A stretch of 64,000 bases of DNA, taken from positions 24,490,001 through 24,554,000 of the forward strand of contig JANJGN010000026.1 of NCBI GenBank assembly GCA_026770705.1. Reading direction: 5' to 3'. Each line of letters starts with the position of its first letter. The first letter of the stretch is position 1. Made by a program: the position numbers and the translations under genes. This document shows, one piece after another, positions 62,090 to 64,000 of the stretch. Under the pieces are notes generated by a model. The model was given only the letters and a program-made list of their open reading frames with translations. It made no database searches and was not told where the DNA came from. This stretch comes from Isurus oxyrinchus (Eukaryota).

Positions 62090-64000
62090 GGATATTAGAA
62101 CGGGTTTTACAGGCAGGAGGCTCCAACCGTACACCACAGCATGATCTGACAGAGTCACTCGATTCATCAGGACCTGAAGATCATCAGCCTTTCAATGTGG
62201 ATGGAGAAATGTTTGTTTGTTCTGCCTGTGGGGAAATGTTTCAAACATCAGTATGACTGGAAAATCACCAAGACACGCACACCTGAGTGAGAGTGTTCCA
62301 GTGTACTGACTGTGGAAAGAGCTTTAGTTGCACAGCCTGAATAAAGGTCACACCATTCACAGTGGGGAGAAACCATACACGTATTCTGTGTGTGGACGAG
62401 GCTTCAACTGATTGTCCAATCTGAAGAGACACAAGGCCACCGGCACCATGGAGAAACCATGGAACTGGGAGGAATGTGGTAAAGGATTCAATTCTTCATC
62501 CAGGCTGGAAATTCATCAATGCATTCACAATGGGGAAATGCCATTCAGTTGTTCCATGTGTGGGATGGGATTCACTCGGTCATCCGGCCTTCAGTCACAC
62601 CAGCGAGTTCACACTGAGAAGAAACCAATCAGCTGCACAACCTGTGGAGAGAGGTTCAAGTATTCATCCATCCTCACTGAACACCAGCGGATTGACATGG
62701 GTAGGAGACCATTCATTTACTTCGTGTGTGGGCATTGTTGCAAGGATATGCTTTTGCTTCAGTGACTGGAGGCCAGTGTCCACTGGTGTACCACAGGGAT
62801 CTGTGCTGCATCCCTTATTATTTGTCATTTATATAAACGACATAGATGACTATGTGAGGGGTAGGATTAGTAAATTTGTGGATGACACAAAGATTGGCTG
62901 GGTAGTTAACAGTTGAATGTCTTGGGCTACAGGAAGATAAAGAAGGGATGGTCAAATGGGCAGATAAGTGGCAGATGGAATTTAACCCTGAAAAGTGTGA
63001 GGTGATACACTTTGGAAGGAGTAATTTGACAAGGACTTATTCAATGAATGACATGACACTAGGGAGTTCTGAGGAACAAAGGGACCTTGGCATGTGTGTC
63101 CATAGATGTCTGAAGGTGGAGGGGCATGTTAGTGGGGTGGTGAAAAAGGCATATGGGACACTTGCCTTTTTCAATCAAGGCATAGATTACAAAAGTAGGG
63201 AGGTCATGTTGGATTGTATAGAACCTTGGTGAGGCCACAGCTGGAGTACTGTGTGCAGTTCTGGTCACCACATTATAGGAAGGATGTGATTGCACTGGAG
63301 GGGGTGCAGAGGAGATTCACCAGGATGTTACCTGGGATGAAACATTTAAGTTATGAAGAGAGGTTGGATAGACTTGAGTTGTTTTTGTTGGAGCAGAGAA
63401 GACTGCAGGGCGACCTGATCGAGGTGTACAAGGTTATGAGGGGCATGGACAGGGTGGATAGGAAGCAGCTATTCCACTTAGTTGAAGGGTCAGTCACGAG
63501 GGGACATAAGTTCAAGGTGAGGGGCAGGAGGTTTAGCAGGGAATGAGAGGAAAAACATTTTTACCCAGAGGGTGGTGACGGTCTGGAATGCGCTGCCTGG
63601 GAGGGTGGTGGAGGCGGGTTGCCTCACATCCTTTAAAAAGTACCTGGATGAGCACTTGGCGCGTCATAACATTCAAGTGGTGGGCCAAGTGCTGGTAAAT
63701 GGGATTAGGTAGGTAGGTCAGGTATTTCTCACGTGTCACTGCAAACTCGTTGGGCCGAAGGGCTTCTCCTGTACTGTGTGATTCTGCGTCCGAAGGGATT
63801 CACTGAGGTATTCGCCCTCCAGTAACACCACCGAACAGCACACGAAGGAGAATCCATTCAGCTGTACTTCCTGCGGAAAGAGTTTCAGGCGTCAACCGAC
63901 CTCAGTGAACACCAACGTACTCACACTGGGGAGAAGCCGTTCACCTACTCCATGTGTGGAAGGGATTTCCTTGCTCATCCCAACTGCTGACACATCAGCG
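62090..64000 (+). pseudogene. C2H2 zinc-finger pseudogene split by CR1; runs off the window
   Basis: Fingers 62090-62730 with stops and frameshifts; resumes KGF..HTGEKPF at about 63790. Confidence 0.85.
62745..63785 (+). mobile_element. Young CR1 LINE 3' fragment
   Basis: GVPQGSVL..FVDDTK..LVRPQLEYCVQFWSP. Confidence 0.93.

Overview
Vertebrate, almost certainly cartilaginous-fish (shark) genomic DNA, judged from the V-gene style and repeat families. About 0.1-36.4 kb is a cluster of roughly 16 T-cell receptor alpha/delta-type V gene segments in mixed orientation, each with some or all of leader, intron, V exon and RSS. Most are pseudogenes; only about two look usable. No D, J or C segments were found. 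Embedded in the cluster is an 8.6-kb deleted provirus (7162-15769) with gag remnant, integrase C-terminus, a class-I fusion-type env and a 3' LTR. It splits an old SINE and is itself interrupted by a CR1 fragment and by a nearly intact Penelope-like element (RT + GIY-YIG + hammerhead-like motif). About 40-48.5 kb is a 27/54-bp satellite, followed by a second copy of the same LTR element (LTR-PBS-gag). About 50.3-64 kb is a C2H2 zinc-finger gene cluster with CR1 LINE and SINE insertions and one further V relic. Most short ORFs in the track are spurious or LINE-derived. All similarities were judged by eye; no alignments or searches were run.
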